DNA of 64,000 nt, taken from sequence record NC_070987.1; one strand, given 5' to 3'. This document shows positions 1 to 8,982 of this stretch, piece after piece. The stretch comes from Escherichia phage MN05. The notes under the pieces are model-generated. The model ran no database searches. It was not told the DNA's origin and worked only from the letters and a program-made list of their open reading frames with translations. The translations under genes and the position numbers were made by a program. Positions within the stretch are counted from its first letter, which is position 1, and each line of letters opens with the position of its first letter.

Positions 1-43
1 ATGAGGCAAACGTAAGCAGATGGAATCAGAGCTACTAAAGTAA

Positions 44-72
44 GGGGGAGGTTTGTCCTCCCTTCTTTTATT
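44..72 (+). terminator. putative rho-independent terminator upstream of portal gene
   Basis: hairpin GGGAGG-tttgt-CCTCCC followed by T-rich tract ttcttttattt. Confidence 0.45.
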
Positions 73-99
73 TAAGCTATCAACCGAGGGAGAGAATAG

Positions 100-2343
100 A
101 TGGCTAAGCAAAAATATAGTGAAGAGGTGTTGGACGAGTTACGTGTTGACCTTCAACGTCGTTTTAATTACGCTCAAGGTTACGTTGACATGGCTGTTAA
201 GGGCTATGCTCGTGAAGCTTGGGAATATTTCTATGGTAACTTACCTGCACCAGTAACTGCTGGCAGCTCTAGTTGGGTAGATCGTACTGTTTGGGAATCT
301 GTTAACGGTACACTGCAAGATATTATTAACGTATTCTGTTCTGGTGATGAAGCGGTTACTTTCGTAGCTGACAACCAACAGGATTCTGATGCTGCTGATG
401 TAGCAACTAAATTAGTTAACCAAATTCTTCTGCGTGACAATCCGGGATACAACATTATCTCTTCTGCTGCACAAGAATGTCTGGTTACTCGTAACTCTTT
501 TATCAAGTATTATTGGGATGAACAAACTTCTACTCAAACTGAAGAAGCTGAAGGTGTACCACCGGAAGCGTTGGCTGCATATGTTCAGGGATTAGAAGCT
601 GGTGGACTCAAGAATCTGGAAATCTTCACTGAAGAAAATGAAGACGGTACAGTAGATGTTAAAGTTACTTACGAACAAACTGTTAAACGTGTGAAAGTTG
701 AATATGTTCCTTCAGAGCAAATCTTTGTTGATGAACATGCTACCTCTTTTGCAGATGCACAATATTTCTGCCATCGTGTACGTCGTTCTAAAGAAGATCT
801 GGTTGCTATGGGCTTCCCTAAAGATGAGATTGAAGCATTCAACGACTGGACAGACACGATGGATACTACTCAATCTACAGTTGCTTGGTCTCGTACTGAC
901 TGGCGTCAGGACATTGATGCCGATATTGGTGTCGACACTGAAGATATCTCTTCTATGGTTTGGGTTTATGAGCACTACATCCGTACTGGTGTTCTAGATA
1001 AGAATAAAGAGTCTAAACTCTATCAGGTTATTCAAGCTGGTGAGCATATACTTCACACTGAAGAAGTAACTCACATTCCGTTTGTAACCTTCTGTCCATA
1101 TCCGATTCCGGGTTCCTTCTATGGTCAATCTGTTTATGACATTACGAAAGATATTCAGGATTTACGCACCGCGCTAGTTCGTGGTTACATTGATAACGTC
1201 AACAATGCTAACTATGGTCGATACAAAGCTCTTGTTGGTGCATACGATCGTCGCTCTCTGCTTGATAACCGTCCCGGTGGAGTGGTTGAAATGGAACGTC
1301 AGGACGCTATTGACCTGTTCCCATACCATAACCTACCTCAAGGTATTGATGGCCTCCTAGGCATGTCTGAGGAGCTTAAAGAGACACGTACTGGTGTAAC
1401 CAAACTAGGCATGGGTATCAACCCTGACGTGTTTAAGAATGACAACGCTTATGCGACCGTAGGTTTGATGATGAATGCTGCACAGAACCGTCTCCGTATG
1501 GTATGTCGTAACATTGCTCATAATGGTATGGTTGAATTGATGCGTGGTATTTACAACCTTATCAGAGAAAATGGTGAAGTTCCTATCGAGGTACAAACCC
1601 CTCGTGGTATGATTCAGGTTAATCCGAAACAATTACCAGCTCGTCATAATCTTCAAGTTGTTGTAGCCATCTCTCCTAACGAGAAAGCAGAACGTGCACA
1701 GAAACTGATTAGCTTGAAACAGCTGATTGCAGCAGATGCACAGTTAGCACCTCTCTTTGGTTTGGAGCAAGACCGTTACATGACTGCACAGATTTTTGAG
1801 TTGATGGGTATTAAAGATACACATAAATACCTTCTGCCTCTGGAACAGTATCAGCCTCCAGAACCTTCTCCGATGGAAATCCTCCAGCTCGAGATGACTA
1901 AAGCACAGGTTGAGAACGTACAGGCTTCTTCTCAGAAGATGATTGCTGATGCATTCGACCAACGTGAACGTACTACATTCGAACAGCAGAAAGCTGCGGA
2001 TGAATTAAGTCTGCGTCAGGAAGAGTTGCAGTTCAAGCAAGAAAATGCAGCAGATGCAATGACTCTGGAAAACCGTAAAGAAGATAACAATGCTACTCTG
2101 GAACAAGCTAAGCACAAGTTAGCTCTTATGCAACAGCAGGTCCGTCAGTATGAATCCGTACTGAAAGAATTGCAGATGGTTATGGAACATCAGGTAGACC
2201 AAGAGAAGATTGTTCAGCAAACTCGTGTTCAGGATAAAACTTTGGAACTCCAAAAGAAAGAAGCTAATGTAACTAAGAAAGAGCAACAAGCTTCTCTCAA
2301 AGATTCACGGATTCCAGGCAAACGTCTTGGAAGTAAAAAGTAA
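100..2343 (+). CDS. portal (head-tail connector) protein, putative
   Basis: 747 aa ORF at head of structural module directly upstream of scaffold and capsid genes; C-terminal coiled-coil tail; no motif-level confirmation. Confidence 0.5.
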   Translation: MAKQKYSEEVLDELRVDLQRRFNYAQGYVDMAVKGYAREAWEYFYGNLPAPVTAGSSSWVDRTVWESVNGTLQDIINVFCSGDEAVTFVADNQQDSDAADVATKLVNQILLRDNPGYNIISSAAQECLVTRNSFIKYYWDEQTSTQTEEAEGVPPEALAAYVQGLEAGGLKNLEIFTEENEDGTVDVKVTYEQTVKRVKVEYVPSEQIFVDEHATSFADAQYFCHRVRRSKEDLVAMGFPKDEIEAFNDWTDTMDTTQSTVAWSRTDWRQDIDADIGVDTEDISSMVWVYEHYIRTGVLDKNKESKLYQVIQAGEHILHTEEVTHIPFVTFCPYPIPGSFYGQSVYDITKDIQDLRTALVRGYIDNVNNANYGRYKALVGAYDRRSLLDNRPGGVVEMERQDAIDLFPYHNLPQGIDGLLGMSEELKETRTGVTKLGMGINPDVFKNDNAYATVGLMMNAAQNRLRMVCRNIAHNGMVELMRGIYNLIRENGEVPIEVQTPRGMIQVNPKQLPARHNLQVVVAISPNEKAERAQKLISLKQLIAADAQLAPLFGLEQDRYMTAQIFELMGIKDTHKYLLPLEQYQPPEPSPMEILQLEMTKAQVENVQASSQKMIADAFDQRERTTFEQQKAADELSLRQEELQFKQENAADAMTLENRKEDNNATLEQAKHKLALMQQQVRQYESVLKELQMVMEHQVDQEKIVQQTRVQDKTLELQKKEANVTKKEQQASLKDSRIPGKRLGSKK

Positions 2344-2352
2344 GGACGTAGA

Positions 2353-2589
2353 ATGAACATTAGGCATCAATTCAATAAAGAGCACGCCGCCGCTTTGGCG
2401 GCTCTCAATCTTAACGGCAGTCTTGACGCAGCATTAGAGGCATTGAAAGAAAGACTCATGACAGAGATAGTTCAAACTGAACCTCATGAGAATAAGAAAC
2501 GCGAAGATTGTTATCAAAAGTATAAAATGGTTGGTAGCTTAAAAGAGGTCATAAAAGCTGCTATCAATAGTGCAGGAGATGTTTCATAA
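2353..2589 (+). CDS. hypothetical small protein
   Basis: 78 aa ORF between portal and scaffold genes, same strand, tight spacing. Confidence 0.3.
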   Translation: MNIRHQFNKEHAAALAALNLNGSLDAALEALKERLMTEIVQTEPHENKKREDCYQKYKMVGSLKEVIKAAINSAGDVS

Positions 2590-3674
2590 TGCCACAAGAT
2601 AATTATATTGACCCGAACGATTTTAAATCTTTCCTCCAACTGGATGACCTGAAAGGTTCTTTCAAAGAAGAACTCGGTCGATTAGAATCTGAACAAGAAC
2701 CAGAAGTGGACATTGACGATGAGTTCCCGGAACAAACCGGTGACGAATTTGACTTTGATACCGACCTTCTCGGTGAAAGCGATGTGCTTAAGTTCGAAGA
2801 TGAAGATGGTTGGGAAGATCATGATGAGGAAGGCGAAGTCGAAGAAGATGAGGACGACTCTGATGAAGGTGCTGAAGACACTGAAGTAGAAGAGGAAGAC
2901 TCAAGCGATGCAGGGTATGAAGATGATTCTGCTGACGGTGATGGTGAAGTCTTTGATGTAGACTACGAAACCGTTATCACCCTTCCTGATGGACGTGAGA
3001 TGACTATTGAAGAACTCTCCAATGGCTATCTTACTGGTGCTGATATGACAGAACGAGAAACAACTCTTCAGCGTCATATGGAAGCATTTGAGGAACGTGT
3101 AGTAGGTTTGAAGGATGTATTAGAATTAGCGTCTTTAGAAGCAGACCGAGTAATTGAAGATTACAACGGTTTTGATTGGGACAAGCTTGCAGTAGAAGAT
3201 CCTCAAGCATATGTTGAAAACAAACGTTTCCTAGAGAAGTACACAGCTCGTCGTAACCAGCTTGAACAGGCTCAGGCCCGTATTAAGCAGGAAGCAGCAG
3301 CTAAAGAGCAGGAAGCTTTCCAAGCCAAGAGCATTGAATGTGTTAATATTCTGAAACGTGAGATTCCAAATTGGGATGAAAACTTATATCAAAACTTAAT
3401 GCAATACGCAATTGACTTAGGTGCTACTGAAGAAGAAGTATTGAAGGAAAACCGTCCGTCTATTTTCCTAGCTCTCCATAAAGCATACCAATTTGATAAA
3501 GGTAAGCAACAGGTGATGGCTAAGATTAAACGTCCCGGTGCTCCACGCAAGGTTGTGAAGTCTGATGCTGCAAAGTCTCGCACTTCCAATAAGCCAGACA
3601 ACGCTAAGGTTGCCAAGGCATTCGCAGAGGGTCGCGTTAGTCACGAAGACGCATTCAAATTCCTCGTAGATTAA
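2589..3674 (+). CDS. scaffolding protein, putative
   Basis: 361 aa, strongly acidic D/E-rich N-terminal half and helical C-terminal half; positioned immediately before major capsid gene. Confidence 0.5.
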   Translation: MPQDNYIDPNDFKSFLQLDDLKGSFKEELGRLESEQEPEVDIDDEFPEQTGDEFDFDTDLLGESDVLKFEDEDGWEDHDEEGEVEEDEDDSDEGAEDTEVEEEDSSDAGYEDDSADGDGEVFDVDYETVITLPDGREMTIEELSNGYLTGADMTERETTLQRHMEAFEERVVGLKDVLELASLEADRVIEDYNGFDWDKLAVEDPQAYVENKRFLEKYTARRNQLEQAQARIKQEAAAKEQEAFQAKSIECVNILKREIPNWDENLYQNLMQYAIDLGATEEEVLKENRPSIFLALHKAYQFDKGKQQVMAKIKRPGAPRKVVKSDAAKSRTSNKPDNAKVAKAFAEGRVSHEDAFKFLVD

Positions 3675-3715
3675 TCGACAAATTAATTATTTAATAGTAT
3701 AGGAGCTAACATAAC

Positions 3716-4774
3716 ATGGCTAATCCAACTTTATTTGTATCGTATGACCAGAATGGTAAAAAACTTTCTTTTGCTAACTGGATTTCTGTTCTGTCCCCTC
3801 AGGATACCCCGTTCGTATCCATGACCGGTAAAGAGTCTATCAACCAGACTATCTTTAGCTGGCAGACCGATGCACTGGCAAGCGTTGACGCTAATAACGC
3901 ACACGTTGAAGGTTCTCGTGCGGTTGATGGTGAAATGCAACCTACCGTAATCAAATCCAACGTTACTCAGATTCTGCGTAAGGTTGTTAAAGTTTCTGAT
4001 ACCGCTAACACCACCGCTAACTACGGTCGTGGTCGTGAACTGATGTACCAGCTGGAGAAGAAAGGTAAAGAGATCAAACGTGACCTCGAGAAAATTCTTC
4101 TGTCCGGTCAGGCTCGTACCGACGTTCTGGCTGACCAGTACCTGACTAACTCTGCCGCTGACCCAGATCAGATTGGTAAGAACGACGCTCATGCAGCTCG
4201 TAAGACTGGTGCTTTCCAGTTCCTGTGTGCTCACGGTGGTCTGGCTGGCGGCGTTGTTGACAAGACCAAGAATGGTCCTGCTGACCCAGATACTGGTGCA
4301 GTAACTGTTAAGGTTGCACAGAACGCTTCTAACCCGGCTACTAACATCGGCTTTGATGAAGCAGATATCTTTGATATGACTCTGCAACTGTACACCGCTG
4401 GTTCTGAAGCAGATATCATCATGATTAACCCGGCTCATGCTAAAATCTTCGCTGGCCTGCAAGAGAACACTCAGGGTTCACGTAAACGTATCTTTGAGAA
4501 CACCAAGCAGTTCATCTACGAAGTTAACAGCATCACTGACCCGCTGGGCCAGAGCTACAAAATCATCGTTAACCGTTGGATGCCTACCGATGCAGTTTAC
4601 TTCTTCCGTAGCGCTGACTGGACCCAGATGGTTCTGCGTGCTCCGAAACGTACTGAACTGGCAAAAGATGGTTCTTACGAGAAGTGGATGATTGAGATGG
4701 AAGTTGGTCTGCGTCACCGCAACCCATATGCTTCCGGCGTTCTGTTCACTGCTGCGGGAAAGGCGGCGGCGTAA
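3716..4774 (+). CDS. major capsid protein
   Basis: 352 aa ORF with strong RBS (AGGAGC 7 nt upstream); position after scaffold; sequence character typical of HK97-fold capsid proteins. Confidence 0.65.
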   Translation: MANPTLFVSYDQNGKKLSFANWISVLSPQDTPFVSMTGKESINQTIFSWQTDALASVDANNAHVEGSRAVDGEMQPTVIKSNVTQILRKVVKVSDTANTTANYGRGRELMYQLEKKGKEIKRDLEKILLSGQARTDVLADQYLTNSAADPDQIGKNDAHAARKTGAFQFLCAHGGLAGGVVDKTKNGPADPDTGAVTVKVAQNASNPATNIGFDEADIFDMTLQLYTAGSEADIIMINPAHAKIFAGLQENTQGSRKRIFENTKQFIYEVNSITDPLGQSYKIIVNRWMPTDAVYFFRSADWTQMVLRAPKRTELAKDGSYEKWMIEMEVGLRHRNPYASGVLFTAAGKAAA

Positions 4775-5298
4775 CAGTAGACAGTGTGACTGTTAGCCCT
4801 GCGTCTTTAGCAAGTCTAGAGACAGGGGCTACTCGGCAGTTCACTGCAAGCGCGGAGAAAAGTGATGGTTCTACCGAAACAACTGGCTTTACTTGGTCAG
4901 TGACAGGAGGTGGTACTATCACTCAGTCGGGTTTGTATACTGCTCCGAGTGCGTCTCAATCCACTGATGTATCCATTACTGCAACTTTAGAAGGTGTTTC
5001 TGGTACAGCAACCATTTCTGAAATTGCTGACCCTGCTCCTACTATTGTAGCTAAGGGTCCAATTACTGGTAAAACTGGTGGTTCTTCCACTAACTTCACT
5101 ACCATGTTTACTGTAACTAATTCTGCTGCTGCGGATTACACGTTTGTTGTGATTCCTACAGAAGCCGGTACAGTAAGCGCCGCTGGTGCGTTAACCTTAG
5201 ATGCTACTGCAAGTGGCGAAGTTACTGTTCAAGCAAGTTTGACAGATGACCCGTCCATCAATGCAACATGCACTTTTACTGGTGTAACACCTGCTTAG
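4696..5298 (+). CDS. capsid C-terminal extension in -1 frame carrying a bacterial Ig-like (Big_2-type) domain
   Basis: -1 frame open across capsid 3' end; shifted reading gives ...AAG-K-GGG-VTVDSVTVSPASLASLETGATRQFTASA, a Gly linker followed by an Ig-like motif; listed ORF 4786..5298 starts at GTG without RBS. Confidence 0.5.
   Translation, partial: DGSWSASPQPICFRRSVHCCGKGGGVTVDSVTVSPASLASLETGATRQFTASAEKSDGSTETTGFTWSVTGGGTITQSGLYTAPSASQSTDVSITATLEGVSGTATISEIADPAPTIVAKGPITGKTGGSSTNFTTMFTVTNSAAADYTFVVIPTEAGTVSAAGALTLDATASGEVTVQASLTDDPSINATCTFTGVTPA
4756..4762 (+). other. putative -1 programmed ribosomal frameshift slippery heptamer G_GGA_AAG
   Basis: X_XXY_YYZ heptamer in capsid frame 12 nt before capsid stop; -1 frame is open from 4696 through 5298. 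Confidence 0.5.
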
Positions 5299-5305
5299 AA
5301 CTAGA

Positions 5306-5330
5306 CCCTGCCTTCGGGCGGGGTTTTTTC
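5306..5330 (+). terminator. rho-independent terminator
   Basis: CCCTGCC-ttcg-GGCGGGG hairpin (one G-U pair) followed by TTTTTT. Confidence 0.7.
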
Positions 5331-5334
5331 GTTT

Positions 5335-5366
5335 TAAGACCTATACAAGCCAGTGTGTAATGTATA
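5335..5366 (+). promoter_or_regulatory. putative late promoter (TAAGACCTA-N14-TAATGTATA)
   Basis: two-element motif identical in architecture to the site at 22433-22464; lies about 34 nt upstream of the ATG at 5400. Confidence 0.5.
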
Positions 5367-5399
5367 TTCTTTGTCTACATATAACAAGGAGGACAACCT

Positions 5400-6152
5400 A
5401 TGGCAATGCCAGATGTTCAATACCCCATCAATACCTATGGGTGGCTAAAGAAGGCCGTGGCCCTCTGGGCAGATAGGGACGATGACGAATTTGTTAATCA
5501 AATTCCAAACTTTATTAACTTTGCAGAGAAAGAGATTTATCGTAACTTACGTATCCCCCCTCTGGAAAAAGAAGTGTATTTAGATATCAAAGATGGAGTG
5601 GCTTATATTCCTCCTGATTACTTAGAAGCTCAATGGATGATGAGAGCCAAAGATGGTACAATCTTCCAAGTAACATCTCCTGAAGAGATTAGCTATCGTA
5701 GACAGCATGGAACAATTAACCCATCTCACTGGAATAACCAACCTGTTAACTTTGCTCGTTTCGGTAGTCGTTTCATTTTCTATCCTAGTATTGAAGCAGA
5801 TACTCCGTACTATCCTGATGATGGAAGTCCTTTGATTCCAGCAGAAAACTCAGTAATTCTTAGCTATTATGCAGACCCACCGGAATTCCACGAAGATACA
5901 GATACCAGTGCTATCCTTACTATTGCACCAGAACTTCTTCTGTATTTCACTCTACGTCATGCTTGCTTGTTTGTTCAAGATGATAATGGAGTTCAGAAAT
6001 GGTCTGCATTAGGAAAAGCTATCCTTGATGAAATGGTAGAGCAGAATAAGAAACAAGAGTACTCAGGTTCACCTATCGCAATTCCGAATAACATGACTCG
6101 ACTTCAGAGCAGCTTGCCTGATATTTATGGTATTCGTACTTCTCGTGTATAA
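5400..6152 (+). CDS. virion structural protein (adaptor/tail component), putative
   Basis: 250 aa ORF with strong RBS AAGGAGG; located between capsid and tail fiber genes. Confidence 0.35.
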   Translation: MAMPDVQYPINTYGWLKKAVALWADRDDDEFVNQIPNFINFAEKEIYRNLRIPPLEKEVYLDIKDGVAYIPPDYLEAQWMMRAKDGTIFQVTSPEEISYRRQHGTINPSHWNNQPVNFARFGSRFIFYPSIEADTPYYPDDGSPLIPAENSVILSYYADPPEFHEDTDTSAILTIAPELLLYFTLRHACLFVQDDNGVQKWSALGKAILDEMVEQNKKQEYSGSPIAIPNNMTRLQSSLPDIYGIRTSRV

Positions 6153-6161
6153 GGAGATAAT

Positions 6162-8942
6162 ATGATCGTTTATAATAACCAAGCACCTGATGCAGTGAAT
6201 AACGTTGGGCAGTTTGGTGCTACGGAAGGCTCTATTGGAGCTTACAAGCAAGCAGCAGAATATGCAGCTGACTCTAAATATTGGGCACTGCTAGCGGAGT
6301 CTAAGTTTGGCACAATTGATGACTTGATCGCTGAAGTAGAACGTCTGTATCAACAAGGTGTTCTGATGAAGCAGGATATTGAAGATCTTAAGCAGGATTT
6401 TATAGATCAAGATGCTCGTTTGATGACTCTAATTGCTCAAACTAACGCAGCGGTCTCTGATGCTAATAACGCTGTTGCTCTCATTAATCAGAAGCTCATT
6501 GAAGTCCAGAAACAGCTTGATGTTCTGTTGGGAATGTCTGTTGATGTAACTACCCTTCCTCCGGGAACTCCAGCTACTGGTTCTTTTAATCCGAGCACTG
6601 GTGTAATCTCTTTAGGTATTCCGGAAGGGGATCCCGGAAAGGATGGCTCTGTTAAGGATTTGGATACAGCACCTACCGGTGTTCCAGAGTTAGGCGACTT
6701 AGGTTTCTACGTTGACAAAGATGACAATACTGTCCACAAAACTACTCTAGAGAACATTGCTAACTTAATCCCATCTGTTCGTTCTATTTCTGTTAACGAA
6801 GGTCCAGCTCTTGATGGAGAAGTTGCTCTGACAATCAACAAGAATACAGTTGGTTTAGGGAACGTTCTGAACGTTGCTCAATATAGCCGTCAAGAGATTA
6901 ACGATAAGTTTGATAAAACTACCAAGACATACCAATCAAAAGCAGAGGCAGATGCTGATGCTCAGTATCGTCAAGTTGGGGAGCAGGTCTTGGTTTGGGA
7001 AGCTACTAAGTATGAATTTTACACTGTTGCTGCTAACAAAACACTAACCCCTGTTAAGACTGAAGGTAGAATCCTTACTGTCAACTCTCGTTCTCCAGAC
7101 TCAAGCGGTAACATTGATATCACTATTCCAACAGGGAACCCGTCTCTGTATCTTGGTGAGATGGTAATGTTTCCTTATGACCCAACGAAGAATATCTCAT
7201 ATCCGGGGGTTCTTCCTGCTGACGGTCGTTTGGTGTCTAAAGAGTCTGCTCTAGATTTAGGCCCATCACTTGTTAGTGGTCAGCTTCCTGTGGTCTCTGA
7301 AACAGAATGGCAGGCTGGTGCTCGTCAGTATTTCTCTTGGGGTAAGTTATCAGATGGAGTCACTGATGCAGATTCTACTAACTTCATCAGCATTCGACTT
7401 CCCGACTGGACTGGCGGGGAGGCTATTAGATCCCCTGATTCAGATAAGGATGCTAACTACAAGGGTCGTGTTCAGTCTCAGATTCCTTACATCGTAACCG
7501 TAAATGGAAAAGCTCCTGACGACGCTAACGGAAACGTTGTCATAACCGCTGCTAGTTTGGGTGCGGCTGCATCAGGGGCGAACTCTGATATAACTTCTTT
7601 AAATGGACTCACCACTCCCTTATCCCCACAACAAGGGGGCACAGGGGCTAATAGTATTGAAGGTGCTCGTTCAAACTTAGGAATTGATAGAATAAAGAAT
7701 GACTCCACACAAACCACAGTAGGTTCAGCAGACGGAAGAGCCCTTCTTACCATAACTAACAATCCTGAAGATTGGGGTGTGCTTTGGTGGAATGGCTCTG
7801 GTTATGAAACAAAACCTCTTAGTGTAAGCAAAGGTGGAACAGGATCCACTACGGCTGCCGGGGCTAGGGCAAACCTGAATATTGAGAGATTCCAGCAAGA
7901 TGCTGGTTGGACTCTTATGTATTCACCGGACAATACTAGACGTTTATATGTGGACAATAAAGGAGGTTCTTGGGGTTGTCAGAACGTAGAGGATGGCGGA
8001 TCTTTGGCCCTAGCTGTAGCGCAAGGTGGGACAGGAGCTACTACAGATGCGGCAGCACGTGTTAACCTAAAAGTTGATAAACTTGTCCAAAGTTCAACTG
8101 ACACTAAACTCTTAGATGGATCAGGAGAGCATACGTTCTTTATTACAGATGCTGATTGGGGGTATTTCAATAATTCTGACTCTTCTCGAATTGCTTTGCC
8201 AATAATTAGTGGTGGTACAGGTGGTAAAACACCTGCTGAAGCCTCTGAAAAACTAGCAGCAATGCATTGTCAGTATGGTGCATCAACTTACTACGGTAGT
8301 GGAGATTTACCAACTGGTGTTGGGTTCTATAGCCTAGACACATCACCGTTTCCGGGAGGTAATGGTGCACCCTTCACATATGCAGAGATAATGACTATTG
8401 CTGAAGGTGGTCGTGGAGGTAACTGGTCCCAAATAGGGTTCTCTACTATCACGTATGAAGCCCCTCGCTACAGACAAAGGACTAGTGACCCGTCTTTAAT
8501 CACAAACTGGAGAGATTTCTTAGTAAGAGATTTAAACACGACTGTAGATCCTAATGGTTTTGTTAAAATTGCATCACCTATAGTCAAACTAAAATCTGAC
8601 GGTTCTTCTGAAGTTAATGACCAAGCCCAAGGAGTAACAACCGAAAGATTAGATGTTGGTGTTTACAAGATATCCGGGACTTTAGGGTTTAACTCAGATG
8701 CATCTTGGGGCGGTATCGGAGGTGGTTTTTCTATTCCGCAAAACTCTAATGGTTTACCTCTTCTTTGGGTTGACTATGAAGTTGATGAAGAAGGTGATAT
8801 TACTCTGAAAACTTACCATCGAACTCATGAGGGAGTCCCTTCTTTTGCCAGTAATGTAATAGAGGGTGTGGCAGACGGGGAACCTATCGATATTCCTGTT
8901 GGAAGATGGGTTGACCTTCGTGTTGAGATGCCTTCTAAATGA
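6162..8942 (+). CDS. tail fiber protein with tandem phage tail-fibre repeats
   Basis: 926 aa; at least four copies of the GGTG-x(6-8)-AR-x-NL motif (e.g. LSPQQGGTGANSIEGARSNLGI, LSVSKGGTGSTTAAGARANLNI, LAVAQGGTGATTDAAARVNLKV). Confidence 0.55.
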   Translation: MIVYNNQAPDAVNNVGQFGATEGSIGAYKQAAEYAADSKYWALLAESKFGTIDDLIAEVERLYQQGVLMKQDIEDLKQDFIDQDARLMTLIAQTNAAVSDANNAVALINQKLIEVQKQLDVLLGMSVDVTTLPPGTPATGSFNPSTGVISLGIPEGDPGKDGSVKDLDTAPTGVPELGDLGFYVDKDDNTVHKTTLENIANLIPSVRSISVNEGPALDGEVALTINKNTVGLGNVLNVAQYSRQEINDKFDKTTKTYQSKAEADADAQYRQVGEQVLVWEATKYEFYTVAANKTLTPVKTEGRILTVNSRSPDSSGNIDITIPTGNPSLYLGEMVMFPYDPTKNISYPGVLPADGRLVSKESALDLGPSLVSGQLPVVSETEWQAGARQYFSWGKLSDGVTDADSTNFISIRLPDWTGGEAIRSPDSDKDANYKGRVQSQIPYIVTVNGKAPDDANGNVVITAASLGAAASGANSDITSLNGLTTPLSPQQGGTGANSIEGARSNLGIDRIKNDSTQTTVGSADGRALLTITNNPEDWGVLWWNGSGYETKPLSVSKGGTGSTTAAGARANLNIERFQQDAGWTLMYSPDNTRRLYVDNKGGSWGCQNVEDGGSLALAVAQGGTGATTDAAARVNLKVDKLVQSSTDTKLLDGSGEHTFFITDADWGYFNNSDSSRIALPIISGGTGGKTPAEASEKLAAMHCQYGASTYYGSGDLPTGVGFYSLDTSPFPGGNGAPFTYAEIMTIAEGGRGGNWSQIGFSTITYEAPRYRQRTSDPSLITNWRDFLVRDLNTTVDPNGFVKIASPIVKLKSDGSSEVNDQAQGVTTERLDVGVYKISGTLGFNSDASWGGIGGGFSIPQNSNGLPLLWVDYEVDEEGDITLKTYHRTHEGVPSFASNVIEGVADGEPIDIPVGRWVDLRVEMPSK
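7555..8265 (+). repeat. in-frame coding repeats (tail fibre repeat units) within tail fiber gene
   Basis: recurring protein-level motif x-GGTG-...-AR-x-NL about every 60-70 codons; coordinates approximate. Confidence 0.45.
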
Positions 8943-8951
8943 AACAAGAAT

Positions 8952-8970
8952 GCTCCCTTCGGGGAGCTTT
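8952..8970 (+). terminator. terminator-like hairpin (weak U-tract)
   Basis: GCTCCC-ttcg-GGGAGC hairpin followed by TTT, then RBS of next gene. Confidence 0.4.
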
Positions 8971-8982
8971 AAGGAGAAATAA

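Noticed and set aside
1-43. 3' end of an upstream gene (possibly terminase) at the window start
   Set aside because: All three frames hit stop codons within 43 nt, so no frame or identity can be assigned from this fragment.
3731-4462. 243-aa minus-strand ORF antisense to the major capsid gene (with 231..506, 669..857, 712..975, 7487..7762, 23919..24458 and similar antisense ORFs)
   Set aside because: Fully embedded antisense to long, well-supported structural genes, low-complexity or odd composition, no RBS context; treated as frame artefacts.
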